NCBI RefSeq assembly: GCF_003918875.1
Contig: NW_025767133.1
Coordinates: 124,001 to 188,000 of the forward strand
DNA: 64,000 nucleotides
Source of the DNA: Haliotis rubra
Taxonomy: Eukaryota
Direction: 5' to 3'
The notes under the pieces are model-generated. The model was not told where the DNA came from and made no database searches. It saw only the letters and a list, made by a program, of their open reading frames with translations. The first letter of the stretch is position 1. Each line of letters begins with the position of its first letter. Positions 51,262-62,575 of this stretch are shown piece after piece. Made by a program: the position numbers and the translations under genes.

Positions 51262-51500
51262 TCTTGGAGTGGAATTTTAGAAGTTGGGAAGTACAAAATA
51301 GACAAAATCGTTTCGATACAGATTCTTGTACCGTTGTCATTCCTGCTTGGCAACGGAACCAGAATCTGTATCGAAACGTCGCATTCACGATATAAAGAAG
51401 TTGTTATCCAAAAAGTTTCAAAATTGTCTATTGCTTGACAACGGTACAAGAATTTGTACCGAAACGTCGCGCTCACGAAAAAAAGAAGTTGTTATCCATA
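51262..51500. mobile_element. Penelope pLTR remnant: one inverted partial and two tandem hammerhead-containing units
   Basis: Homologous to 43560-43680; inverted part 51262-51339, direct units at 51344 and 51432 (period 88). Confidence 0.85.
51432..51471 (+). ncRNA. Minimal hammerhead ribozyme (U3-A8 variant), intact core
   Basis: UGC-UUGACAA-C-GGUACA-AGAAUU-UGUACC-GAAA-CGUC/GCG with a perfect stem II. Confidence 0.78.
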
Positions 51501-53243
51501 ACCATCAGTCGCCACATCATCTCAACCCTCCGCCGCAGGTCGACGGTCTTATCAAACATTTACAACGCTCAATCAAAGGAGTAACCATCAGGAAAATTCT
51601 TTTTAGGTTTGTTTCTTGTCAGGCGTGTTTCTCTAATATTTTATTCATCCCTTGTTGCGTAATTACGTGAAAGGGCAGCGTTTTGGTAACCTCACGGCTC
51701 TACAATCACATGCCATCGGCATTTTTAATCTTCTTACATCGCCGTTACTGTTTTCCTAAACAAACAAATGTAAACGTCTCAATGCCTGTTCTTGGAAGGC
51801 CTGACATGAAACGTCCACAATCAAATGTGCCACGTTGCTTCCATACACACCTTGTTCCATCGATTATCTCCCTTTGTGCAGAATTCCTTCTGCATGGAAC
51901 CATTCTTTAGGGTGTGCAGCGGCACTAAGCAGCTTTATTCTATTGCCATTCTGTGTGTTGAATTGCAAACAAAGCTATAATGGTATATTGAACATCTTTG
52001 GAATGGATAGAAAATACAAATGCGAGAAATCACAATTTATTTCGGGCTTATATAACATTTATTATTTATGAGTATCATTCTCTGGGGGATAGCGTTTAGG
52101 TTTAATCCTGTTAACATCACCAAACACCTTACACGGAGAACTCCAGAAGGATAACGTTCCGTGCACTGGAGCAGCGGTATCGCGTTTTGTCCACGTTTGA
52201 AAGATCTTGAATAATTAACAGTCTCCGGTTTCCACGAACAGCTAACATTCTGTATATGTATATGTCTACACTTCATTGTCATGTGAAAACCTTCTGAAAT
52301 AATTTAAAATGATTCGCTTAGGAAGAAATCAGAGATTTTCTTTCTCATTTCCCGGAAAACGCTCGTTTTCGTATAAATTATTAATTCAAAACCTCGGACT
52401 CAGACGGACGTACCACAGCCGGAGAGTGTGACCTTGAACGACAGTGCAGGGTCACCAAACTCTATACATTCTTTAACCAATACCAGGACAAGTAACTACT
52501 GTTATGGCATCAACCGTATTGATTCTAATTGAGAACATGTTTGCTTCCTTCGTCCATATATGCTAAGGTTCACTTCATCAGATTGTTAATATTTGTCATG
52601 ATGTACATCTGACACGTAAAACGATGTAGTTTCATTTACCGATGAGATGTATCATTACAGTAGAAGGTTAAACATATATACCTTGGGATAGATAAGTGCT
52701 CTAACGTCACTTCATTACCACTTGTCAATATCTGATATCAATGATGCTTTTCATGTTAGCAGCGGTGTCAATATCACTGTCACTTATCTTGGAGTCCGTC
52801 ACGATGACAGGCAGATTGTCTTTGATTGACACCTATATCATGTTAATGTGTCATGTATCGGATTATGGCGCCATCTTTGGGCACGTTATTTACCGATTAG
52901 CGGCTGCCATTACCGTAATTTTCCACAAAATTGTACAGACATTTCACAAAGTGGGACTATATTTCCTTTGGCCTGAATACGTAGATTTCTTTTATGCCGC
53001 AAATAGCGATAGTCCAGCAACATCGCGGCTCTTGGCATTAAAAATTGACTTGACATAGTTTTACATTCGCGTGGGAGCGTTCAATTTCTTTCGGTCTAAA
53101 GGACCTGGGATTTAACCACTCGGATCCTTTATTTTCTGCTGAATTACCTTAAAACCTCCAAAGAAGGCTCATATTAGAATAAATTAGGTTTTGTTGGTTT
53201 TACGCAGCAGTCAGCAACATTAAAACACGACAACATTTTTGTA

Positions 53244-53635
53244 GACCCGCGAAGATTCGGGTAAAAATTGATCTTCAATAACCCATGCTTGTCATAAGAG
53301 GCGACTAAAGGGATCGAGTGGTAAGGCTCGCTGAGTGAGTGGGTGAGTGAGTGAGTTTAGTTTGACGCCGCCTTTAGCACTATGCAAGCAATAGCACGGC
53401 GGTGAACACCAGAAATGGGCTCCACACATTGTACCCATGTGGGGAATCGATCGCGTGACGAGCGAACGCTTTAATCACTAGGCTACCCCACCGCCACCAG
53501 GCTCGCTCCCAATTGCGAAGATTGATGCTCATGATGTCAATCACTGTATTGTTTGGTCCAGACGCGGTTATTTACAGAGAGACATCATATAGCTGTACTG
53601 TTGCTGAGTCCGGCGTTAAACAATAAACAAACAAA
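53244..53635 (+). mobile_element. Family B with a nested antisense family A copy (53333-53498)
   Basis: AGGCTCGCT duplicated at 53324-53332 and 53499-53507. Confidence 0.9.
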
Positions 53636-54607
53636 ACCTTTTTATACCCGACAGGAGGAGAGGCAAACCAGTGGTTGATAGTGTGTGCAACGGTCGCGAC
53701 ACGCTTTGGTAAAGGCTAATTCTAACTCGGATATTCACGGAGGTGTTCACTGAAAGTAACAGTAAGTTATAGCAGGTAATAGCAGAATTGATTAAAGCAC
53801 AGGTAACCTTTTATTGCCTTATCTGCTACTTAATAATATATTTGAGAATAAATATTTTCCAATTATTGTCGCAAGGCATTGTTGTGTCATTTCGTGAGAA
53901 TGGGGAAATGAGAGCTTACAGAATTACTAAATTAGCATACTTAGTACGAGGTACGTTTTCTTCTCAATTATCGTCTATGTTGTAGGCTGATGCATGTGGT
54001 AACTTTGTGGAATCACAAGCAGGTTTTGGCAGTGGATCTTACACTACAATCTTTTATTCAGCAGTTTATGAAAAGGAAGCAAGGTATATTATATGTTTTA
54101 TTTATCTATTGTTAATGTATATTTAACAGAGTAGAGAGGGTGTGGCATCCAAAATGTTAACATGTATTCAGTCTATATTTCTGAATTCCGTTCATATCTA
54201 GAACAATCATTATTCAAACTTTTTTGAACAGAAAATTAGTGTTCGCCAAGGTTGTATTGTAATCCCATATTTATTTTGGATGATTTATGCAGAAATCGAA
54301 TCATCTTGCAGGTATCCAGTAACACCAAGACATTGTACCCTTGTTCATCACTCATAATGGTGTTCTTATTTCTGGCACTGGTGCTGGATTACAGGAGCAA
54401 TTTGGCATCCCAGACACCAAATACTTCAAAAAGGCAAAACGTGTAGTTTTTAATCAATGGGATATCAAAACGAGTAGAGAAGCACAGTAACCTCAAACGG
54501 ACGACTAACTTTAGTTCGTTATAACCGTAGTTCGTTATACGCAGTTGACTAAAATATACAAACAGTGCTCGGGTTCAAAAACCTGTTCGTTGTATCCTTC
54601 AGTTAGT

Positions 54608-54847
54608 GACTGAGTTTAGTTTTACGCCGCACTCAGCAATATTTCAGCTATATGGCGGTGGTCTGTAAATAATCGAGTCTGGACCAGACAATACAGTGAT
54701 CAACAGCATGAGCATCGATCTGCGCAATTGGGAACCGATGACATATGTCAACAAAGTCAGCGAGCCTGACACCCGATCCAGTTAGTCGCCTCTTACGACA
54801 AGCATGGGTTACTGAAGATCAATATTCTAACTCGGATCCTTACGGGT
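54608..54847 (-). mobile_element. Family B, full length with TSD
   Basis: TSD TCCTTCAGTTAGT at 54595-54607 and 54847-54859. Confidence 0.95.
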
Positions 54848-55829
54848 CCTTCAGTTAGTCATGAGCGTGTTCGTTATAACGTAGTATACCGTATAACCAA
54901 GGTGTGTTGTTGGAATACAGTTCGTGTTATAAACACTTGGGCGTTACTCTTCGTGAAATGATTTCTAGCTTGTCACATGCATGTAGTCCACAGGTTTAGA
55001 AAGTACTGTTCAGTGTTTTCGCGCCAGTGAATTTCAAGCCAGTCCCTAACGATATGTTCTTTAAGATGTCTGATTCAAAGGTTTTACCAGGTCTACATAT
55101 GGGGCGGTGGGGTAGTCTAGTGGTTAAGGCGTTCGCTCGTCACGCTGAAGACCATGGTTCGCTTCCCCCAAGTCAAAAAATTGATTACACAACAGTCTCG
55201 TTTCCTTCTGACTGGGTTCCGTCCTATTGCGCAATTGGTACAATAACCAGTCCCGAATTTTAAGGCCAACTCATTCAACTCGATATATAGATATTAATCA
55301 GCATTATTTGATACATCTAATCACTTGTATATTGCAATACTACGCCCCTTCAAACCCTTGCAAACACGTCGTGCAGCATGCTCTGTCGGACAGCGTGCTC
55401 TGACAAACGGAAATCTGGAAACCGTGGGATTCTCAAAACGAGGTTCGGCCGCTAGAAAAGTTTGGCGGTCTGGTACGGACGTAATATTATATCAATCACA
55501 TTGTACGTTACAAAAATACATTTAATAAGCGCAAAGAACACATAACAGGTATAACCAGTGAGCCAGATGAATTGTGAATCATTGTACGGCCTCTTGAAAC
55601 AGGGGCAGTCTGTGACTTCTTAGATGCTGCCTAAAGCATAGAAAAACGATTGTTTAAAACTTTAAAATTAAAATCAATTTGTAATACCATTTTCTTATGA
55701 AACAAGGAAGTGGAATTCAGTGTAACCATAGTTGTTTGTAGTGTATCTTTTCACTTTCACACGAGAAAATTCGGATCGGCTGAAAAGCAGGTCATTGTCT
55801 GAATTGGTTTATGAGACTCATGTTTCGGT

Positions 55830-55933
55830 TTGCATGGGCACAATGTGTGAACAATGTGTGAAGCCCATTTCTGGTGTCCCCCGCCGTGATATTGCTGGAA
55901 TATTGCTAAAAGCGGCGTAAAACTCACTCACTC
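55830..55933 (+). mobile_element. SINE family A 3' half
   Basis: acaatgtgtgaagcccatttctggtgtcccccgccgtgatattgctggaatattgctaaaagcggcg. Confidence 0.88.
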
Positions 55934-56449
55934 ATTGCCAGAGTGTGTGTTAGACAATCTCAATTTTAAATAATAACTTTTAAGAAATGCCTCAAATAAT
56001 TTGAAACAAGCAAACAATAAAACGCAGCAAACATTCATATTTGAAACAAAGAAGTATCAAGTTTCAAGTTATATATTCAGGTCTACATAATGACGCGGAA
56101 ATATAGGGGAAGACAATTTCAAACAAAATATCTTTACAGAAAACGGAATGATAGAGGTTATTTGTGGAATAAAGAATTTACAACTTATTTTGTTGTCCCA
56201 TGCAAATATGGTCCCCTTCTCCTGTACGTATTAACATCTAAAGGTCACTTGTAAATATTTGCCGGTGTAAGTTATCAGCGATGCCAGACACAAGATACCT
56301 TCAAACAACCCAAGTGTCTCTAATACATAGTTAATGACCATCAAAACATAATGTGTAACTTCAAACTTCACAATCGATCGAGAACAATATTTAATTAAGT
56401 CTAATTTCAATATATTCTCTGACAGTTATCAATATGAAATATTAACAAT

Positions 56450-56765
56450 AAGCCGATATAAACATTTACAGGTAAAGTTACTGTGTTGAGATTAATACAT
56501 ATGTACTGATAGCTGAAAACATATCACCATTAGAGAAAATAGAATGGTGTCGTTGAATGTGAAAGTTCGAACTAATTCAGTTTAATGAAGCCTTATTTCA
56601 ATATTTTCTCTGAAATCGACCGATATATATTATTCAAATTAAACCGATATAAACAACTACAGGTAAAGTTACTGTGTTGAAATTAATATACTGATAACTG
56701 AAAACTGATCAACATTAGAAAATTTGGAGTGGTGTCGTTGAATGTGAAAGATCAAACTTATTCAA
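56450..56765. repeat. Diverged ~191-bp tandem duplication
   Basis: ccgatataaaca...caggtaaagttactgtgttga...tggtgtcgttgaatgtgaaag occurs twice. Confidence 0.85.
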
Positions 56766-57309
56766 ATTTAATTCAATTTAAATTACATTTAATCTAACAA
56801 AATTGATATTGCTCAGACAATTTATTGGTTTTCTTTTCGGTCTGATTAAACAAACGCACAGTTTCAATATTAAATGATTACAATATGTGTTTTTTTATTG
56901 ACGTGATTACGTGAAATCGCAGTATGATTAACAGGAACACTACCAAACATGACTCCGCCTGTGAGTGTGTATTTATATACATTGTTGCAAATCTGAGACT
57001 CCTCCTCTGGGTGAAGAATTTCATTCCACTTGGCATACTTTAACAATGAGCAGCATCGTATCTCTCAACATGATTTATACTGGTTTGACTGGCAAATCTG
57101 TTTCCCGCGGCCATTCCTCTTATATATAGTCCATGAAATCTTTGATTGCATCACAGATACTCTGAAGCTGAGAGCTATCATGACTTTTCTATTTTTGTAG
57201 ATTTTGATCACATTAGGTTCAGGTATTCCGCAGACATGTGAAGAGCTGTACTGTGGATTGCTGAAGTGAGTCATTAAGCTTGGTGCCAAGCTTCTTTCGC
57301 AATATTCAA

Positions 57310-57552
57310 CTGACTGACTGAGTTTAGTTTTACGCCGCTTTTAGCAATATTCCAGCAATATCACGGCGGGGGACACCAGACTGACTGACTGAGTTTAGTT
57401 TTACGCCGCTTTTAGCAATATTCCAGCAATATCACGGCGGGGGACACCAGAAATGGGCTTAACACATTGTGCCCATGTGGGGAATCGAACCCGGGTCTTC
57501 GGCGTGACGAGCCAACGCTTTAAACTCGAGCTCTAGGCTACCCCACCGCCCC
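57310..57552 (-). mobile_element. SINE family A, (CAGT)n subfamily, with a duplicated 71-bp 3' end and TSD
   Basis: TSD TCGCAATATTCAA at 57297-57309 and 57553-57565; units at 57310 and 57381. Confidence 0.95.
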
Positions 57553-57877
57553 TCGCAATATTCAAGCTTTATTATGTGTGATATGTCGTACCTTGCGTGA
57601 ATCGAACCAGGTCTTCATCAACACAGACAAACAGTTCAACCATAAGACTCCATCACCGTCTCGTCGCCCTATAGGAACCTTTTTAAATGGCATTTTGCGT
57701 TTTATCGATTCCCATGACCTGAAGTAGTTTCTACGCCATTCAACAATATTCCGATGGGCTTCATGCGTTAATTCAAATAGGGAATCGAACCTAGGATGTC
57801 GGCACGATGATCAAACGCTTTAACCACTTTGCTACCACGTTGTTCCTGTGATATTGACACAGTATCTCTAACGCTAC

Positions 57878-58388
57878 CCGGCGGGTTAGCCTAATGAAAG
57901 CGTTCGCTCGCGACGCTGAAGGTCGGGTTTGATTGCCCACAAGGCAGCAATGCATGAAGCCCATTTCTGGTGTCCCCCGCCGTGATACTGATGGATACCC
58001 GTGAACATCCGGGTTAGAATCCCGCTGTAAGTCACAGGATACATTGTTTAAATAAAGTAGGTAGGTAAAACTCCGTGGCAACACTACAAGTTCTGATGTT
58101 CACATTTCTTTCTAACAATGATACCCATGAAGATCCGGGTCTTCAGCAACCCATGCTTTTCGTAAGATCGGGTGGTCAGGCTCGCTGACTTGGTTGACAC
58201 ATGTCATTGTATCCCAATTGCGTAGATTGATGCTCATGCTGTTGATCACTGGATTGTCTGGTCCAGATTCGAATACTTACAGACCGCCTCCATATAGCTG
58301 GAATATTGCTGAGTGCGGCGTTAAACAACCAACAACTACAAATGGAATATTGCTAAAAGCGGCGCCAAACCTCTAACTCACTCACTCC
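57878..58388 (+). mobile_element. Family A interrupted by a 5'-extended family B element (57996-58341)
   Basis: ATGGA duplicated at 57991-57995 and 58342-58346; the family A tail resumes after the insert. Confidence 0.85.
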
Positions 58389-58398
58389 AACACACACA

Positions 58399-58569
58399 CT
58401 GACTGACTGACTGAGTTTGGTTTTACGCCGCTTTTAGCAATATTCCAGCAACATCACGGCGGGGGACACCAGAAATGGGCTTCACACATTGTGCCCATGT
58501 GGGGATTCGAACCCGGGTCTTCGGCGTGACGAGCCAACGCTTTAACCATTAGGCTACCCCACCGCCCCT
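58399..58569 (-). mobile_element. SINE family A, (CAGT)n subfamily, with TSD
   Basis: CAACACACACA on both flanks. Confidence 0.95.
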
Positions 58570-59107
58570 CAACACACACACACACATTCCTCCCCTCCTT
58601 GCGCCCACAACCCCTTCTGCATATAGGTTTCAGCACGTCAATAAACCTTTCATGAAATATTCATGAAACGTAAAATTCCCTTGACATATCAGTTCAGCTT
58701 GCTGTTGATTATTTTACACCTTGACACAAAAACCACAATGTTCTTATCAAATTCCTTAATTGTCCTCCCAAATGAATATTTGAGTCAGGGATCATTATTG
58801 CTTCACGTTGTATAGAAGGCTCCATAGACAACATCATTACAGGTATCCGATGTAGAATCCATTTGTTTGTACAACATAATAACACGCAACTATCGCAGCC
58901 GGTAATGAGTTGCAATCACTTTAAAATGCAGCCCACGACGTGACGATATCGCATTACATTACTCGCAGGTCATAATTAACAGACACTCCCATTGATTAAC
59001 TTATCAAAAACTTTTTATATCGCATTTAATTTGCAATTCAAAGAGACATGAAGGTCTTGTTATCAGGTCACCTTGACATACGATACGTACTTTGCAGAAT
59101 GGTGTTT

Positions 59108-59260
59108 GTGAGTGAGTTTAGTTTTACGCCGCTTTTAGCAATATTCCAGCAATATCACGGGGGGACACCAGAAATGGGCTTCACACATTGTACTCATGTG
59201 GGGAATCGAACCCGGATCTTCGGCGTGACGAGCGAACCCTTTAACCACTAGGCTACCCGA
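59108..59260 (-). mobile_element. SINE family A
   Basis: Reverse match. Confidence 0.9.
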
Positions 59261-60953
59261 TACTCTAGCACTATAATGACGGAATACTAAAATAGGTTCT
59301 ATCCATGTGGGGAATCGAACTCAGGTTTTCGGCGTGATGAGCAAATGCGAGAACCACTTGGCATATCCGTCCTTGAGAAGGAAAGACGATATGTGTGTGT
59401 TTGTGTGTGTCACAAATTGTGAACTATGCATTTGTCTAGTTCATGTTTCATTATCCATCTTGAATTAGCTGGAATATTGTTGCATTAAAAATGTTCACTC
59501 ACTAACTCTCAACTGATCGAAACCTGTCGTCAAAACCCGAAGGTTTAATTCAAGACAGCCCAGGACAAATGGCCTCCATCCATAAATTTGAAGCCGTTTG
59601 TTACACTTGTCATTACAACGTACACAAATAACTGAATCATAAGACAAATGGACATTTAATCAACACGCACAATTTCACAGAAATAACTGATTTACAATTA
59701 ATGACCATTCAATTCCTACCACATCAAAACCTTCAGATCAAAAAGACCTTCCTCACTCTCTCTCCCCATTTCACATTCCACGCCAACATTTACACACAAA
59801 TCAATACAAATCCATCCTACACAACTGATTGAATTTTTTTACAGAGCCCAAACCGAAAAGAGAATTTCAAAGCAAACGGATCACGCAGTGCCGGGTATCC
59901 TGCGCTAATATTAGTTTAAACCATTAACGCTGAACGTACGATACACCTGTATCGCTGCAGATTACACCTTGTTTGCAATCCACGTGGTGATGTACATGGA
60001 AAACCGTTACAAATCACTAGAATAAAGATCGATTACACATGTTCAGGTAGTCAGATAGAATACCAGGAGACCTTCACATAAAACCCCACTTCAGTAATTA
60101 ATTGTCTATGTACAAACGACTGTTCCTGCTGCGCCCACTGTAACGATCGAATAGCGGGCTTTGCGTCATGTACGACATTTCTAGCATGCTAAATTCTCAT
60201 TTGTGACCATATATCTGGGATCGTACTGTATGTAGCTAAGTACAATCGCCTCTAGGCGATGTCGAATATTATGTTCCGATTATCCTAATGACATTAGATG
60301 CATGTCCATTTTTTAAAGAACAAAACATTTCAATTAAGAAAAAAAAAATTCGGTTTGTAAAAGTACTCCTTAAGAATGTGGGACGTACCTTAAGACATTG
60401 TTTATTTAAGTGTAGAGATTCACTGAGTGCGTGGATAAACAACTGAATACCTTCCAGCCATGTTAATGTTTGAATTACATGAGGGATGTTGATCGAGCTT
60501 TGTCGTGCTACTATATTGTAGTTTGAAAATCGAACATTTTATAGTGCAAGACGACCGGACGCGCTCACCTCAGTGCTACCTATCGACAAAACCTCCCATG
60601 TGTATTAAAGTGTTAAATTTCGTCCACACCTTTTTAGCGATAACGATCTGTGATTACAGCTACTGAGGTAAGTAGGTCTCGAGCCCATCCTCAGATACAT
60701 GTCCCGGAAGTAAGCTGAATCAAGTAAAGTATATTTTATCAGGCCAGTTTTCCACTTGAGAGCGTGGAATGATTACTTCGTTGAATGTTTAAATGGCTTA
60801 AAAGTTAAATAAATGTTAGATATTGAACCCATGGATAATTAAGAGGGACAATACTTTGAAACAAACTTGGTCCAGTGGCTGAGGTTAACGAAAAGACTTT
60901 GACTGCGAATGCTAATGTGCACGCACTACGACAGACTGTCACTTAGTGTCTGA

Positions 60954-61122
60954 ATATATATATATATATGGAGAGAGAGAGAGAGTGAAAAAAAGAAAGA
61001 GAGATAGAGATAGAGAGAGAAAGAAAAAGAGAGTAATAGAGAGAGAGATAGGGAGAGAGATAGATAGAGAGAAAAAGAGGGAGAGAGAGATAGATAAAGA
61101 GAGATAGAGAGAGAGGGGGGGG
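60954..61122. repeat. (AT)n followed by a compound (GA)n/(GATA)n microsatellite
   Basis: Direct inspection. Confidence 0.95.
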
Positions 61123-62199
61123 ACAAACAATTATTTTTTCATTGAAAAGGAGCCCCAGTCAAAAGGTAGTTTCAGAACCTGAACCTTAGGAAAGCCAGAC
61201 TTGCTTCATTTTGGCTCTAGCATCCCAGAAAGGGCTAGGAAGAAGGGAAAATAATGTAGTTCAGGGACTGTGAGATAGACTAGCGCTGTGATCGCCTAGA
61301 AAGGAGAGGGAATGAAAATTTGATTTGATCAGGGAAACGTTCATCAATGATTTGATAGATACGTGATACTGACAAGTTTCAGAAAAGGCCTTGTGAGCGA
61401 ACAGAACGGGTTGCAAGTGAACAGGACGCGGGCGAACAGGACGCGAGCGAGGTGGTCAAGCGCGAAGCGTTCCGAGCGAAAGAGCCTTTGTATGCTGTAA
61501 TATGTGCGTAGAATCACATTTGCTGGATAAGCCTCTGAACAAGCCTAACAGCATCTCGACATCTATGGTCAGCCGGTGTTGAAGCATCGAAGCGGTTTGG
61601 CCCGGGCTCGTAGGGGATAGATGCAACAAAGACTGTATCGATTGGCTGAGAGAAGACATAGATCTAGGTGATGGGCAAGATGAAGCTTTACAATAACAGA
61701 ACATTAGGTTAGGGGAGATGCTATCTATTATGCATGCCTCCACACAGTCCGTAAGCGATATTTATAAGCAAACACATCCAGCAACGATGACGCCTGTAAT
61801 GAAATAAGGGTGAATTTACAGATTATACCACTCGCGACGCGATAATTTTACATGTATTTGAGTACGAAACACCATTACTTCGGTCATTGGCAAGTGTATG
61901 ATTTGATATGTGCCGGGAGATATCAATATTTAATGGAAGCTAATCTGGGTCAAGCTTAGTCGAACTTGTGACGGCGTTCTCGAGAGAGGTTGCAGCTGGT
62001 TGTTGAATAACAATGAGAATTCATGCAACTGAATTAGCATTCATGTAATGTAACTAAACTAGCATTCGTGTACATGGACTGGAATGCATATGATTGATTT
62101 TGAACTCATCTGACGGAGCTGGAATTCATGTAACTGAGCAAGAATTCATGTAAATTAAATAAATTCCGTGTACATTTGAAATCTTTCGTTTACGTGGAG

Positions 62200-62368
62200 T
62201 GAGTGAGTGATTGAATTTAGTTTTACACCACTTTTAGCAATATTCCAGCAATATCACGGCGGGGGACACCAGAAATGGGCTTCACATATTGTACCCATGT
62301 GGTGAAACGAACCCGGGTATTCGGCGTGACGAGCGAACGCTTTAACCACTAGGCTACCCGACCGCACC
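62200..62368 (-). mobile_element. SINE family A with TSD
   Basis: 14-bp TSD TCGTTTACGTGGAG at 62186-62199 and 62369-62382. Confidence 0.95.
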
Positions 62369-62436
62369 TCGTTTACGTGGAGATTTACGTGCACCAAGTA
62401 ACATCATCACGTTAACCGACATTTTCAACAATCCAG

Positions 62437-62575
62437 AATTCATCACGAGTGTGTGTTTTTTATAAGAGAAATATCAACCTCGTCCCGTTAATTGGTATTT
62501 GACTTAGGCGAGGCAAATACCGATTAACGGAACGAGGTTGATATTTGCCACATTAAATAACACACGTGATGAATT
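62437..62575. repeat. Long imperfect palindrome (foldback element)
   Basis: AATTCATCACG/CGTGATGAATT outer arms and ~33-bp inner arms AAATATCAACCTCGT.CCGTTAAT.GGTATTTG / CAAATACC.ATTAACGG.ACGAGGTTGATATTT. Confidence 0.9.

Noticed and set aside
51344-51383. Active hammerhead in the first tandem unit
   Set aside because: The core has A6 changed to G and stem II is disrupted.
57201-57265. Isolated AG...GTGAGT candidate exon
   Set aside because: Short, with no recognisable peptide or partner exon.
60926-61130. Leu/Ser-rich ORFs
   Set aside because: Translations of the (GA)n microsatellite.
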